64,000 bases of DNA. Source: the human T2T-CHM13v2.0 reference genome, Homo sapiens. The notes beneath the pieces are model-generated. The model did no database searches, was not told the origin of the DNA, and saw only the letters and a list, made by a program, of their open reading frames with translations. A program made the position numbers and the translations under genes. The stretch lies in assembly GCF_009914755.1 (NCBI RefSeq), contig NC_060929.1; one strand, 5' to 3'. This document shows, piece by piece, positions 1 to 13,739 of the stretch. How positions within the stretch are numbered: position 1 is the stretch's first letter; every line of letters starts with the position of its first letter.

Positions 1-158
<158 letters not shown>

Positions 159-740
159 GATGCAGTAGAGAGGGGAAATTTTATGATATAGGAGAGAGGG
201 AGGGAATTGTTGGGGACATGTCTTTGAGTAGGTAAGATGGAATTGATATGCACAAAAATTTAAAGGACAGAATTTATAAAGCGACTCAGATAGTTTATTT
301 TACCAAAAGGCGGCAATGAGTGGTACGGAGAGGCTGTGGGATATCTTTTCTGATTCTTCAGTTTTCTCAGGAAAATAGGAAGCAAGGTAATCATCTGGGA
401 TGGAACAAAATTTGGAGGTTTGAGGGAGGGAGGAGGTGTGGAATGATGAACAGGAGTGGAAAGAGGACTGGACCCAGGCATGAGCATTTGACCTGTGTGG
501 TCAGTGGGAAGGGCAGCAGAGTTGCGTTTTTTTATTTTTTGTTTTCCGTAGCCTCATTTATCTGCACAGGTACAGAGGAAGAACAGGGCAAGAGCTGGAT
601 TTTGCCAGCATTGTAGTTTTGTCAGATGAGTACGATAAAGCAAGAGAGGTACAAGTAGGTCAAGACTGCTTGTAAAGGAATGGTTATAATGAATGACTAT
701 AAAATGTATTTGAAATTTACATAAAAGGGAGAATATTGAG
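159..740 (-). mobile_element. L2 internal fragment
   Basis: Matches remembered L2 antisense blocks (GATGCAGTAGAGAGGGGAAAT..., TTTTCTCAGGAAAATAGGAAGCAAGG); boundaries approximate. Confidence 0.6.
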
Positions 741-3700
741 AGAGGCCCAAATAAGTAAATACATGCTATAGGAAGCACTTTAACTCTGACTACTTTTATA
801 TGAGAGTATTTGAGAGCAAATGTTTACTCATTTTATTTCCAAAATAGAGTAATATGTTATTTCTGTTTTATGGCCCTCACACAATCCATTATGAAATGCT
901 AATCTTGGTTTGTGATTATGATATGCATTTTTTCCAGTGAAACCTCATATAAAAAAGCAACAGAAAAAGAAGTAAGCATACAAATATTACATTAAAATTG
1001 TTCCTTTTTAAAATGGACTTTACCCAGTTGCAAGAAGGCACAATATTTTCATCTTTTCATTCACAGTGGAGTAATATTATCAATGTTTGCCCCTAAAGAT
1101 AACTCACATCTCTGTACGTACATTCATTTTCCATGCTTTCAATCTTATTTGTTCCCACAAAGTGGATAACAGACGTTTCAATAACTTTTTTTCATTACAT
1201 ACTGATAACAGATCCCAGAAACACTGTCCCACCACACAAATACACCTCCTAGTCTCTGATCTTATTCATTTTCATAGTTATCACAACCACAGACTTCGTT
1301 CCCATCACATGGCTGCAGATCACACATACCTACCAGTGGAGTAAAAGCAGCTTATCTTCCCAAGGGGGTATCTGATTGAGATTAATGGGACAATGTTCAT
1401 GCTATGCCAAGTTATTATCAGAATTATCTTATCGTTGGACTTAGAAAACATTTAATACATTATATTTCAGAAAGTTATGATCTTCATGTCAGATAGGTAG
1501 ATAGATAAATGAGAACTTCTTGCCTTCTGGAGTTGCAATTCAATCCTTTTGAAGTTTTTATGTTGGCTTCTTTTTCGCTTTCTATCTAGACAATCCCTTA
1601 TGCCCATATGTGTTTATGGCACAAATCTATCTGTGTGTAATGTCTCCCTCTGTTCCATTATAAAACTGCATAAGTTCTCCTACAATGCCTGCATGCAGGA
1701 GGGATCTTTGTGAACTGGACTATAATTGAAATGAACATTCATGCTGAGTCCGTGATGCAGAAAAAGAAAAAAAAATCCTCATGTTTAAAAGAGAACTATC
1801 GTCTCTAGGTTGCATTTTACCTTTCCTAACCTGGAAGATCTTAATGAAATTGAAAACAATGTTTTGGTCCTGGGGCCTGCTAAACGGGAAAACGAAGGTG
1901 TTTGTGTGTTTGTTGGTTCTTTATTAACCATATATCATATCTAGTTCCCACATGTTACTTTGACTTAACATACCCCAAATAAATAAAATTAATATGTTAT
2001 AAAGCAAACCCAGGTTTTAAGAAAAAACAAACTGACCTCTTTCTTTTTGCCTAAGGGAAGATGGGTCCATCATGGTAAAGCTGAGACATGACAGAAAGTG
2101 CATTTAGCAAAACAAGCAATGTAATGAACATTCACAACACTGCTTTTATGCTGCTGATCAGGTTGTATGCTAATTTCAGTGTAAAATGTAGGTTTGGGAT
2201 TTATGCCTTGTATAAAACATAATCAAGTTTCATTATTTCCATGAATCATAGCATTTTAATCTTTTCTAATTAGATGTAATTACTATTCTTTCTCACAGCA
2301 GGATAGCATGGAAGTATAAAAAATTTGAGGTGCCACATATGTAAGGGGGAGAACTACAAAAGGGAAAAATACAGGCTTCATTAGTAAATAAGAGAGGTTT
2401 TATTCTCAGGTGACACTGGAGCCATTCCCTCAGTGGGAAAAAATGGACACTGAGACAAAGTATAGTAGGTAATTACTATCCTTTTATAGTATTCTTTTGT
2501 AACAACTGGATCAAGGTCCAAGGACAGAAATACTTTCCAGGTGGAGAGCAGAATTTTAATGTCAGAGTTTATGCATTTTAATGACAGCAATTTAGTTTAT
2601 CAGAATAAATTGTCTTTCTAAATATTATGATTAATGTACTTTCCTCCCAAATAGTCTTCTGTTCCTTCTATCTTTACCTTCTGGTAAACTAAGACCAGAA
2701 TTTTATATAGAAATCAAATAAGATGTCTTCCAGGTCTAAAGTATCAAAAATGTTATGAGTCTAGTTGCAATGTTAAGAGCTGTACCCATAAAATGCCGTC
2801 ACAAAAGCAAAACTTTCCAGATGCCCTTATTCTCCATTTAGGAAAGTTTTTTACCAAAATAATTTATTCATGTAAAGAAACTTTTTACCACTTTTTTGCA
2901 TGTAAGTTCTTCAGTGAACACGTTTATTTATGTGGATTCTGCAAAATTGGTTGTTAAATGAACAACTGGTGAAATCAGGTTCAGACAACCCAAACTTAAT
3001 TTATTTTACATTTATACAGTCTACTTCTCATACAAGCCATCAAGCCATCCATTTCTTTGGGAGAGAACAATTTGTTTTGAAACCTAGATTAACTACCTGA
3101 ACTGTGTATAGTGATTAAATTAACTGGTCAACTGTTCATTTTAATTCTTTTCTTCACTTTATATTGTGCAGAAAGAAAAAAAAAAAGCGTTGATAAACCA
3201 AAATAGTGAGCTTTACTAATAAAATAATATTCACCTTTTTGATGTTGAGTTTTATGCTGGTTCATTTAATCTGTAAAACATGAAATTGGAAATTTTATAC
3301 AAATATACAACATAAGGGAACCCTCCAGGTCATTATTCTATTTCCAAATTTATGGCTGCCAAACTCAGATAAATCCTGGACAGGCAACATAGATTACCCA
3401 GATTACCAAAGTTTTCTTAATTGGCAATTCATAACTTCCAGCTGCTCTGAACAAAACCTATCACCCATTGAGATGTTGACATTTTTCTGCCTCATTAAAA
3501 TATTCTGCAATATTCTGTGTGAATATATTGTTTAATTAGCCATTATTTCTGAACATATCCATGGACGTGATAAATGATTAGAACACTAATACAATTCATG
3601 GTGGCAAAGCAAGCCTGTTTAAACTGTACTCGCCTATATATTTGGACAACATTGTACTCAATATCATGGTGGGCAGGAGAAGAGTTTTATCCCATGGAGC

Positions 3701-5400
3701 ACATTACAGTTTTTACCTTAAAATGTATTTTTGATGTCTTTGATTTTCCATGAATTCATTGTTATGTTCTTGAGAATATATTTATAATTACAAATGCATT
3801 TTAAGGATGTTCTATAACAAACTTAAGAGATCTCATAAATTCCCTTGATAAAATTTAAGCCAGTTAGATATAATTTACTTTAATGGGCTAAAAATTTTAC
3901 AATAAAGATCCCTGATTGCATCTCTTGTAAGAAATAGCTGAGAGTCATTTTATGAAGACTGATTTAATAAGATATATGTTCTCAACTATATGAGATTACC
4001 ATATAGATTTACACAGAAAACATGTCTCACTATTTCTAGATTTTTGGCCTATGCCATAAATTTGAACAGAGAATTTCCAAAAAAAGAAATTAATGAGTTT
4101 TTCTTTTGCACCCCCAATGTTTTCTCTATTAAAAATATGTTTTCATCAAATATCAAAATTGACAAAATCAACATAAGTAAATTGTATTTTGTACAGAAGT
4201 GCCTGCTTTCAGTTGCCATAAACCCACAGCTTGTGGCATGACATATATGATACAAGGGTGAAATACGTACAAAATATTTAAGATTTGTAAAGGGTAGTGT
4301 TGTGGTTATTTTCCTGAGTAAAAATTTTTAATTTGTATAATTACACACAACAAACTGAATAACCTATTTCATACTTAGTGTGTGTGTTTAAGGCAGTTAT
4401 AAACATTCCCAATAGTCTTGGGGAATATACTACACTTATTTACTTCTATTCCCATTTTTTAATAGCAAAAATACCCACAGTAATTTTCATGATCACATGC
4501 GATTTGTCACTTAGGTTTTTCCATATGTTCTTAGGCGCTCTTTGTTCATTTTATTTTGTGAGGATTTAAGATTATCATGTATAACTGTGAAGACTCTGAA
4601 AAACATGGGACATAATAAAACAAAGAAAAGAGCATTCAAGTTTCACTTGCTGAATTCAAGGTGTCCCTCCTTAAGTTTTGTTCCACTAGTAAAGTTAAGG
4701 AACAAAGGCTTAACTGTCCCCTCAGTATCTTCTCCTAGGTAACAAAACATTGTAATTTTCTTAGAAGAGCTTAAGATATTACAATTATTATTATTAAAAT
4801 ATTTTAGAACTTATTTGCAAAAGCTATTCAATAAAATAAATATACTCCAAACAGCAGAATGTTTGTTCTTTATTCCACCTTAATATCAACTGGCATATTG
4901 TGACTCCGTATGGACATACTCAGATACTTTTAAATGAGATTAATTTTATATGTGGCTCTAGAAAAGCATTCTTCATAATTTTTGGCTCTAGATTGTTTCT
5001 CACACTTTATCATCTATGTTCTAGGATTTAAGTGATGACTATCAAAGTTAGTGCCTGGTAGCTATATTGTGTTACCTTGCTGTTTAATCTACAAATAATC
5101 CTCCTTATTTCCTTCTGATAATCTATATTGCAAAGCATTGGGATGTAGTGCATATTAAACTAAATAGTACTATAGATTGCTTCAAAAAGTCAAATCCCGA
5201 ACAATGCTAAAAGCAGAAAGTCTTAGTATTCCCTACAAGGAAACTCTCTCACTGGGCATCCCTTGTTTTAAACCTGGAAAGTCCAACCCAACGCAGATGC
5301 TAACCAGCTTCAGGGGCGTTTTACAGTGTATTCAGGTAGCTATATTCCAGAAGGACCACCCCACTCTATGAAAGTCTTATCTGGCACCCTAAACATTTAC

Positions 5401-6480
5401 AGCTTTATTGAGGTGTAATTGACATATAGGAAACCATACCTATTGAAAGGCTACAATTTGATTAGTTTTGACCTATGTATACACTCATGAAAGCATCAGT
5501 ACAATCAAGATGATAAATATGTCTATCACCACCAATGTTTCTTTGTTCCTTATCCATCTCTGCAGCCTTCTATGACCCCCCTCGCTTCTCCAGGCAACTA
5601 CTGATCCGCTTTATGTCCTATAGACTGGCTTTCATTCTCTAAACTTTTATATAAGTGGAATCATAAAATATTTACATATTTTCAAAAGGAAGCAGCATCT
5701 GATTTCATTCAAGCAGTATAATCATTTTGAAATTCATCTATGGTGTTGTATGTTTTAGAATTTCATTCTTTTTTTTCTTTGATTAGTTTCCTATTGTATG
5801 GAACATTTATCCCTTCACCACCTGATGAATATTCAGATTGTTTCCAGTTTTCAGCTGTTATAAATACTTATGTACATCTTTATATAGATAAATGCTTTCA
5901 TTTCTCTTGGATAAATGCTTAGGAGGAGAATGTCTGGGTCATTTGCTTAAGTGTATGTTTTGCTTTTGAAGAAATTGGCAAACTTTTTCAAATGGCTTAC
6001 CATGTGACATTTCTACCAGAAATGTATTGAGTACCACTTCTGTGCTCCTGCCAACACTTGAAATAAGTATTCTTTTTAATATTAGTGATGCTGGAGGGTA
6101 TGTAAGAGTAGCTACTTGTGATTTTAATTTATGTTTCCATGAAGTACCATTGATATTGAGCAACTTTGAAAGCACTAATCTAATATCCATATATCTTCTT
6201 TGGTGAAGTGTCTGTTCAAATCTTTCAGCCATTTGGAAATTGGATTTTTGTCTTACTAATATTGAGTTGTAAGAGTTCTTAATGTAGTTAATGTAGTCTA
6301 GATACAAGTCCTTTGTCAGATATATGTTTTGAAGATATTTTTCCCAGTCAATAACTTGCCTTTTCATTTCTGTAACAATGTCTTTGGAAAACAAAGAATT
6401 TAATTTCAATGAAGTAGAATTTAATGACTTTTTTCCTATAGTTCATGCATTTGGTGTCCAGCTTCACAAATCTTGACCAA
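5401..6480 (-). mobile_element. Old L1M (MB/MD class) 3' end and ORF2 C-terminus
   Basis: Starts with AGCTTTATTGAGGTGTAATTGACAT, an L1M 3' terminus in antisense; minus ORF 5939-6409 gives a decayed ORF2p-like peptide (KRQVIDWEK..). Confidence 0.85.
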
Positions 6481-6529
6481 AAACCCATTTAAAGTTAATC
6501 TACTTTATAAAAAGTAAAAGAGCTGTAGC

Positions 6530-9500
6530 ACACAACCATTTTTCCTCTTCCAGCATTTGTCCTATTGTAGTCACTCATTTTACTTCTACATATATTATAA
6601 ATTCCACAACTCAATATTAACTCTTATTACTAATTCTTGTTAATTTGAAACACTGTACTCTATTTTTAAAGAGACCTTAAATAACAGAGAAAAACATAGA
6701 AGTCTTTTATCTATCCACTTTATCATTTCCAGTGCTTTTCCTTCCTTTATGTATACTCACATGTGTGTCTAGCAGCATTTTCCTTCTGCCTTAAGACTTT
6801 CTTTATCATTTTTTTAAGTACAAGTTGCTACTGATCAATTCTCTCAGCTTTTGTGTTTCTGAAGAAGGCTTCATTTTATCTTTCTTTTTGAAAGATGTTT
6901 TCTCTGGATATAGAATTCTATATAGATAGGTTTTTCTTTCTTTCAATGCTTTAAAGATGTTGGTTCACTTTTTTCTGGCTTTCATTACTGCTAAAAAAAA
7001 AAAAGTCTGCTTTTATTCTTATCTTGTGTGCCTGTACATAATATATCTTTACTTTTTCTGAGTGCTTTCAAGATTTTCTCCTTATCACTTGTGATAAGCA
7101 ATTTTATCAGAATTTTCATGGTTTAGTTTTTGTGTTTTGTTGAATTTCTCAGATCCCTGAGTCTATTACTTTTATCAAATTTGGGGGAAAAATCATTTTT
7201 TAAATTAGTAAGCCCTTTTGGAGAACTTTTAGGTCCACAGAAAATTGAGCAGAAAATGAAGAGAATTTCCATACATCTCTTGTTGCCCCTGCTATACATA
7301 CAACCTCCCTGACTATGGACATGGATATCCCTCACCACAGTGGAACATTTGCTGCAATCGATAAATCTCATCAGTACCACACAAAGTCTGTAGTTTACAT
7401 TAGGGTTCACTTTTGGTGGAGTACATTCTATGGGTTTTGACAAAAGTATAATGACATGAATCCACAAAAGTAGTATCATACAGAGTATTTCCACTGACCT
7501 AAAAATCTTTCTACTACACCTATGCATCCCTTCCTGCCCGCTAACTCCTGGCAACCACTAATCTTTTTTTACTAGCTTGCTCATTTTGCTTTTTCCAGAA
7601 TGTCATATACTTGGAATCATACAGTATGGTTGGAATATTGGAATCATACGGTCTTTCCATATTGGCTTCTTTAACTTACTAATATAGATTTAAGTTTCCT
7701 CCATATCTTTTCATGGCATGATAGGTCCTTTTCTTAGTGCTAAATAATATTCTGTTGCCTGGATGTACTACAGCTTATCTATCCATTCATCTACTGGAAG
7801 ACATCTTGGTTTCTTCCAACTTTTGGCAATTATGAGTAAAGCTGCTATAAACATTCATGTGCAAGTTTTGTAGGGAAATCAGCTTCCAGTTGATTTGAGT
7901 AAATAACGAGTGTGACTGATGTAACAGAACGTGAGTGTAAGAGTATGTTTAATTTTTAAGAAACTGCCAAGCTGCTGTTCAAGATGTCTATACCATTTTG
8001 CATTCCCATCAGCAATAAACAAGAGCTCCTGTTGTTCCACATCCTCACCAGCATTTGGTGCTGTCATTGTGCTTGATTTTGGTTATTCTAATAGGTGTGT
8101 ATTGGTATCTTATTGTTGGTAACACATTTTTGTTTTAATTTGCATTTCCCTGATGACATATGTTACCATCTTTTCATAAGCTTATTTTCCATTTGCATAT
8201 CTTCTGTTGTGAGGTGTCAGTTAAGATCTTTGGCCCATTTTTAATTGGACTTTTTTCTTATTGTTAAGTTTTAAGAGTTCTTTGTGTATTTTTTATAATA
8301 GTTCTTTATCAGATAGGTCTTTTGCAACTATTTTCTCTAAGTTTTTGGCTTGTCTTGGTCTCTTGAGCTATTTTTCAAATAATTTATTTGTACTTTTCTC
8401 TTTGGGGAACTCCTTGTTACACATATATTAGAAAATCTGAAGTTAGCTCAGCTCACTAATGTGATTTCTTTGTCTTTTTCACTCTATGTTTGGATAGTAT
8501 CTGTTATAATGTCCTCATATCTAGTAAGTATTCTTCTACAATGTCTAATAGTTAATCTGCTATTAATTCCATTTATTATATTTTTATCTCAGATATGTAG
8601 TTTTTCATCTCTAAAACAGCATCTGTTTCATGTCTTTTATATATCTTCTAAATATGCTCATTCTCTTTTACCTTCTTGAATATACAGAATCCATTTCTAG
8701 TAACTCTTAATTTCTTTGTCTATTATTCTTATCATCTGTGTCATTTCTGTATTATTTTTTCTCATTGTTGCTTGTGTATTCTTGGATGAAATGCCAGACA
8801 CTGTGAATTTTACCTTATTGAGTATTGGATTTTCTGTATTCCTTTAAATATTTTTTAACTTTTTTTCTGGAATGCAGGTAAGTTTAATTCTTCCAAGGCT
8901 TTATTTTAAGCTTTGTTAGATGACATCAAAGTGGGTTTTATTCTAAACAACTTGAACCACTATCAAGGGCCATTCTGAGTACTCTACCTTTTGTCCTATG
9001 CATTGCAAAGTCTCTCCTTGCTATTTAGAAGAACGTTAATTAGTCATGGCTCTGTGCAAGCCTTGTAAATTGTTCTGTCTGCCTTTCTAGCAGTTCTTTC
9101 CCTGGCCTCAAGTAGTTTCCTCAGAAGTGTACACTTATCAGCATCAGCCGAAGACTCAAGGAAAACTCTCTTTGTAAAATTTGTTTTGTGCTGTTTTATG
9201 TTCCTCCCTGTCTAGTACTCTACCCCCAAAATTTCCACCTAAGCCTCATGGAATCTGACAGTCTGCCTCTCCAACTTATAGAAACCACTGTATTTCACTT
9301 GCCTTCCCTCTTTCTGCACAATGACATGAAAACTTTCTCTAAGAGGCAAAATGAGACAGTCATTTGTACCCACATTGTTTCTCCCTCTCAGGAATCAATA
9401 CCCTGTTGTCCCTCGTGTCCTATCTCTACAACCCATTGTTAGATATATTTTGTCTGGATTTTTAGTTAAGGTAAATGGGCAAATCCCATCTCTGTCACTC

Positions 9501-9530
9501 CATTAGGGTCAGAAGCAAAATTCTCACACA
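6530..9530 (-). mobile_element. Old L1M ORF1/5' region, split by the L1MC insertion at ~7195-8365
   Basis: Antisense ORF1-type text (TCTCTCAGCTTTTGTGTTTCTGAAG..., GGATATAGAATTCTA) stops at ~7190 and resumes at ~8370. Confidence 0.7.
7195..8365 (-). mobile_element. L1MC1/2-like 3' fragment nested in the older L1M
   Basis: TTTAGGTCCACAGAAAATTGAGCAG...GTAGTTTACATTAGGGTTCACT 3'UTR signature; ORF 7879-8067 is ORF2p-like. Confidence 0.8.
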
Positions 9531-10379
9531 TTTTTTTTTAAATGTGAAACAACTTTAATGTTTATCCCCCATTACACAGCTTTACAGAGATTGAACATCA
9601 CTAGAGGTTGAAAGCTCCTTGGACTTAGAGGGTCTTGGGATAGCCAAAGAGGCCAGTTTGCAGCTGCCCCAACACAAAAGACCTTGACCTGAAGCAGCCA
9701 CTTAAGAGTGATGCTCATCTGGGTGTACTTGCCCAATAGGCCTAGAGGCCATTCAGCTAGTACGGATAGGTTGTTGATGTTTTTCTACCTTCTTAAGGGA
9801 AATAAAGCTATAGAGAGTTTCTAGGATGGGGCTTAGGACAAGCAGTGCCTTGGGCATGCAAATGCAGCAGAGCATGCTGTTTCCAGGCTAGGGCAGGATT
9901 GAGATGTACTCTTGCACCATGACTTCTTCTGTGAGTGACCTTGCACTCCTTCAATCAAGCCTCAACATCAATCTTGCTTTTCCAGCTTCAACAGGCACTC
10001 ATGGCTTGCTTCCTTTTCCTATCAGTGCACAGAAATAATCTTGCTTGCTGGGGTCATGTTGTTGTAGCACACCTGGTAATTGAAGAAAAGCAGGACTGGA
10101 GATCTGTTTGCCTCTTTGTCTTGCAGAAAACTGAAGGCTGATGTTGTCATGGCACATGTAGACTTATTCCTTTCATTACCATCACATTTGACTATCAAAC
10201 ACTTTAAAAATAATGCATGGTAATTGTCAAAAATTCAAAGAAATGTAAAGTTGAATGTTAAAAGCATCTTCAGACACATGAACATTGTTCAAATATCATT
10301 TTATAGGATTCCTATAGGATGTAGGAATATCTAGCATTTTATACATTAATGTGCTGGACTTTATATTACTGGACTTTTC

Positions 10380-10940
10380 TTTTTTACTCAACCTTGTTTT
10401 GTGACCATTTAAATAATGGCATAACATTCATTGATGGGCATAGCAAAATACATGTAGCCATTCCTCAACAGTGAAATATTTTGGTTGTTGAAAGTTTTGG
10501 GGCCTGATCTGATTATGCATCTTTATACATAAACTTTTATATGATTCCTTCTTTTCATAGGGAAGATTTATCTGAGCAAGAAAATTTGATCATGTGCTTT
10601 TGACATATGTTGACAAAGGTATCAAATTATCCATTACCATTTATGCACAATTTACCATATTCCTTCTAGAATTTTGTATATATAAGTTTAATTCTATCAA
10701 TTTAATTGGTCAAAATTGTGATTTATCACTATTTAACATGAATTTCTTTACCTGCTACTAAGGTAGAATGTGTGTTCAGATATTGCCTATTTTATTTTAT
10801 GATTCATCAGTTTTCTCCCTTTGCCTGTTCTATTTTGGACTTTAATGTTTATCTATCTGTAAGGGTTGTTTATGTTTTCAACATCTGGATAGTTACATGT
10901 GTTATAAATATGACACAGCTCTTTAATGCGTTTTCTTCAC
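10380..10940 (-). mobile_element. Highly decayed L1ME-like fragment
   Basis: Weak similarity to antisense L1 3' region (GCCATTCCTCAACAGTGAAATATTTTGGTTGTT). Confidence 0.45.
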
Positions 10941-10979
10941 ATTCTGAAAACACTCTTGATTATCTGTCAGTATATTATT

Positions 10980-11185
10980 GGAAGATTCATCTGTGTTCAA
11001 ATCTTGAACATAATCTTTCTTTGTATGATCTTACATGTTGCCATGTCTCCGTGAGTCTCAGTTTCATCTTATCAAAAATGCATATAACAATACCTGCCTC
11101 ACAGAATTAATGCATGAGATTACGTAAAATGTTATAAGAGGCAGGAGACATGGCACATAGTTGGAGCACAATACATGTTAGTTTC
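10980..11185 (+). mobile_element. MIR
   Basis: Core GAGTCTCAGTTTCATCTTATCAAAAATG...ATACCTGCCTCACAG...TGGCACATAG. Confidence 0.75.
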
Positions 11186-11279
11186 CCTTCTCTGTATGCA
11201 GAGTTTGAATTCTGTAGATATTCCTTGATAAAACCATATATTAACTAATACTAGTTTTCAGTGATGAATTTTTAAAAGA

Positions 11280-11415
11280 CTTTTTTTTTTTTAGTTTTAA
11301 GAGATGAGGTCTTGCTACATTACCCAGGCTAGTCTCGAACTCCTGAACTCGTGCGATTTTCCTGCCTCAGCCTCCCCAGTCTCTAGGATTACAAGCATGA
11401 GCCACTGTGCCCAGT
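11280..11415 (-). mobile_element. Free left Alu monomer (FLAM)
   Basis: Poly-T then a single monomer GAGATGAGGTCTTGCT...GCCACTGTGCCCAG; AAAAG(A)C flanks resemble a TSD. Confidence 0.85.
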
Positions 11416-11555
11416 AAAAGCTTTTTTTTATGCCAAATGACACTGGATAACATTTTTTATTCACTTTTTGTTATGCTATTTGAATTCACATCTTTTCATT
11501 GCTATGTTTTCAGACAGTTAGTCTGCAAGTGTGTTAATGTTTATATACCCTGAGG

Positions 11556-11562
11556 GGATGAG

Positions 11563-11609
<47 letters not shown>

Positions 11610-11628
11610 AACAGAGAGAGAGGATGAG

Positions 11629-11670
<42 letters not shown>

Positions 11671-11700
11671 AGACAGACAGAGAGAAAGGATGAGAAAAGT

Positions 11701-11741
<41 letters not shown>
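11556..11741. repeat. Compound microsatellite, 3x [GGATGAGAAAGGG-(TG)n-(AG)n]
   Basis: Anchor motif at 11556, 11622 and 11688 (third copy GGATGAGAAAAGT), each followed by TG then AG tracts. Confidence 0.95.
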
Positions 11742-11831
11742 TTAATGACCAATTCACTGCTATATGAATCAGGGCACATTCAATCAAGAGTTTTGGGGGG
11801 CTGCTGTACACTTAGCCGGCATAAGTTGTAG

Positions 11832-11887
11832 AGTTATAAAAGGCCCCCCCTCACCAAAATATCTCCTCTTGATTGGTCTGTCACGTA
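11832..11887 (-). promoter_or_regulatory. Candidate core-promoter motif set (TACGTG, CCAAT, TATA-like)
   Basis: Minus strand reads TACGTGACAGACCAATCA, then ~35 bp later TTTTATAA; motif match only. Confidence 0.3.
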
Positions 11888-13214
11888 TTTCTAATCTTCC
11901 TGTCACTCCTTAAAGACCACCTAAAGGTGATGTGCATTTCAACTAGGCTAAAATGGACTTTTACCTGAGAAGAGTAACATTATCAGAGATTAGTCTATCA
12001 AATTATTCCATTAGCACCTATTACCATTTAAAAGAATGCACAGTCCTGAGGGACTGGGACTTAATATAGAAAAGGTTTGATTGCTAGCAGAAGGGCTGAA
12101 ATCTATGTTGTTGGTGGTGAAATGTTCACTGCAGATACATGAAGTGGAGTGGGAAGTGGGATTTCAGCCTCAGCACCAGTGGGAAGCCTTGAAGACAGAC
12201 ATCAAAGAAGCTTCAATATGTCTGCAGGCATGCAAAGGGCTGTGTCCAAAGGCCACGTGCCTCATGTGTCTGCAGCTGCACAGGCAGATTTAAAGTTATT
12301 CTGGCCAGGAAAGGAATTGGGATAGATAAGACCAAAGATTCTACCTTTCTGCTTTTCTATAGCTCCCTACAGTATATACCTCCTAGCACTGAAAATCAAA
12401 CTGTTAAGACTTTTCTCAGCGGCCAGAGAGACAACCAATTTTCTAGTCATGTCTGAACATACCAGAAAATACATGAATGGGTATGAAGGGCAAATTTTCA
12501 TCATAAATTCAGAGAGGAAAAACACAGCCATTGTTTAAGTATTATACTATGAACTCTATTATGTGATCAAAGAAAAATTAGTAAAAAAGTTAGTAAAACC
12601 ATCTCTTAGAATAACTTGCTCTCATAAGTGATTATCAAGTATTTGTATAACACTGAATGCACACTGGGATTGCTCAATGCATAGTTTCTTTTCTATGCAG
12701 AGAAAAGACAGTAACAAAGCAAGAGTCAAACACTGAAATACCCACAGTACAAAAAACCCTGAGACTGTTGCTCTGTTCTTCCTACCAGTAATTTATTCAC
12801 AGCAGCCAACTGCAGAAGAGAAATTTCCTCACCACCAAGGACATTACTTTTTTCCTCATAAGTTCTTTTCACAAAACTTTTCAATATTTCCTATTTGGTT
12901 GTTAAACTGCCAGTTGCTCACACAAAATTGAGACTGATCAATTTAACTGATGCTATGCTTAATTTTGAACAGAGTTTGAACAAATTACCTAGCTTTTTTG
13001 ACATCATATGAGCATGACTGTGTTAATTCTAATATTCCATTTCTTATTAGGATTCAAAAATAGATAAAAGACAGAGAATAAGAATGAAAATAAAACAGAA
13101 TAATGTTTTAGCCTGCCATCTGAAGACTTATTAACAACTATGGCAAACATTTTGGTACAAAAAGGTTTAAAACTCTTAGCTAGAGGCAATTATGTTGGAT
13201 TAATTAATATTCAT

Positions 13215-13450
13215 AGCCTAGTGGCTAAGAGAACATGGCTACAGCATTAGCCTGGCACAGGTTACTAGCTCCACCCATCAGCAGCTCTATGACCTTGGCC
13301 AGTCACTTAACTTCTCTGCGCCTCAGGTGTTTTTCAGTCAAATGGGGTAATAGTAACACTGCTCTTACAGGATTGCTGTGAGATATGGAAAAGCTATTGC
13401 AAATGTGTTTGACTCATGAAAAGAGCCTTATTTAATATTAGCTACTATTA
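13215..13450 (+). mobile_element. MIR
   Basis: TGACCTTGGCCAGTCACTTAACTTCTCTGCGCCTCAG...AAATGGGGTAATAGTA core. Confidence 0.85.
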
Positions 13451-13739
13451 TAATCATTATTTACTGATGACTCATAAAGTGCTGCCAGCATGAGGAGAAT
13501 GAGAGGAACATAATACATGGTCTCTTTCCAAAACCCTTCAGTGTCATGGGGAATAAAAGACCCACTGAGAAAACAATGAGAGAGCAAAGGCACTATGGTT
13601 GTATTTCTGACTACTAACTCAATAAAAAACTCCAAGAAGGTCAGGATTAACTTAGACTGCCTTTGCTATAATAGGATTCTTGAAAAGGCAGGCATACAAT
13701 GCAGGCCTTGAAGAATGACCAGGACTTTTAAAATTGCTT

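Noticed and set aside
2410-2468. Possible plus-strand 59-nt exon (TTCTCAG...TAG|GTAATT)
   Set aside because: Unrecognised peptide, moderate sites and no partner exons
8850-8883. Plus-strand pyrimidine tract with CAG|GTAAGT
   Set aside because: It lies in T-rich antisense L1M. Similar AG|GT motifs at ~4738, ~32044 and ~35032 show they arise by chance, which also tempers the minus-strand candidates.
11556-11741. Repeat-spacer layout resembling a CRISPR array
   Set aside because: Spacers are dinucleotide tracts, there are only 3 units and no cas genes, and the DNA is primate
11518-11811. His/Thr- and Leu/Ser-rich ORFs
   Set aside because: Translation of the CA/CT microsatellite
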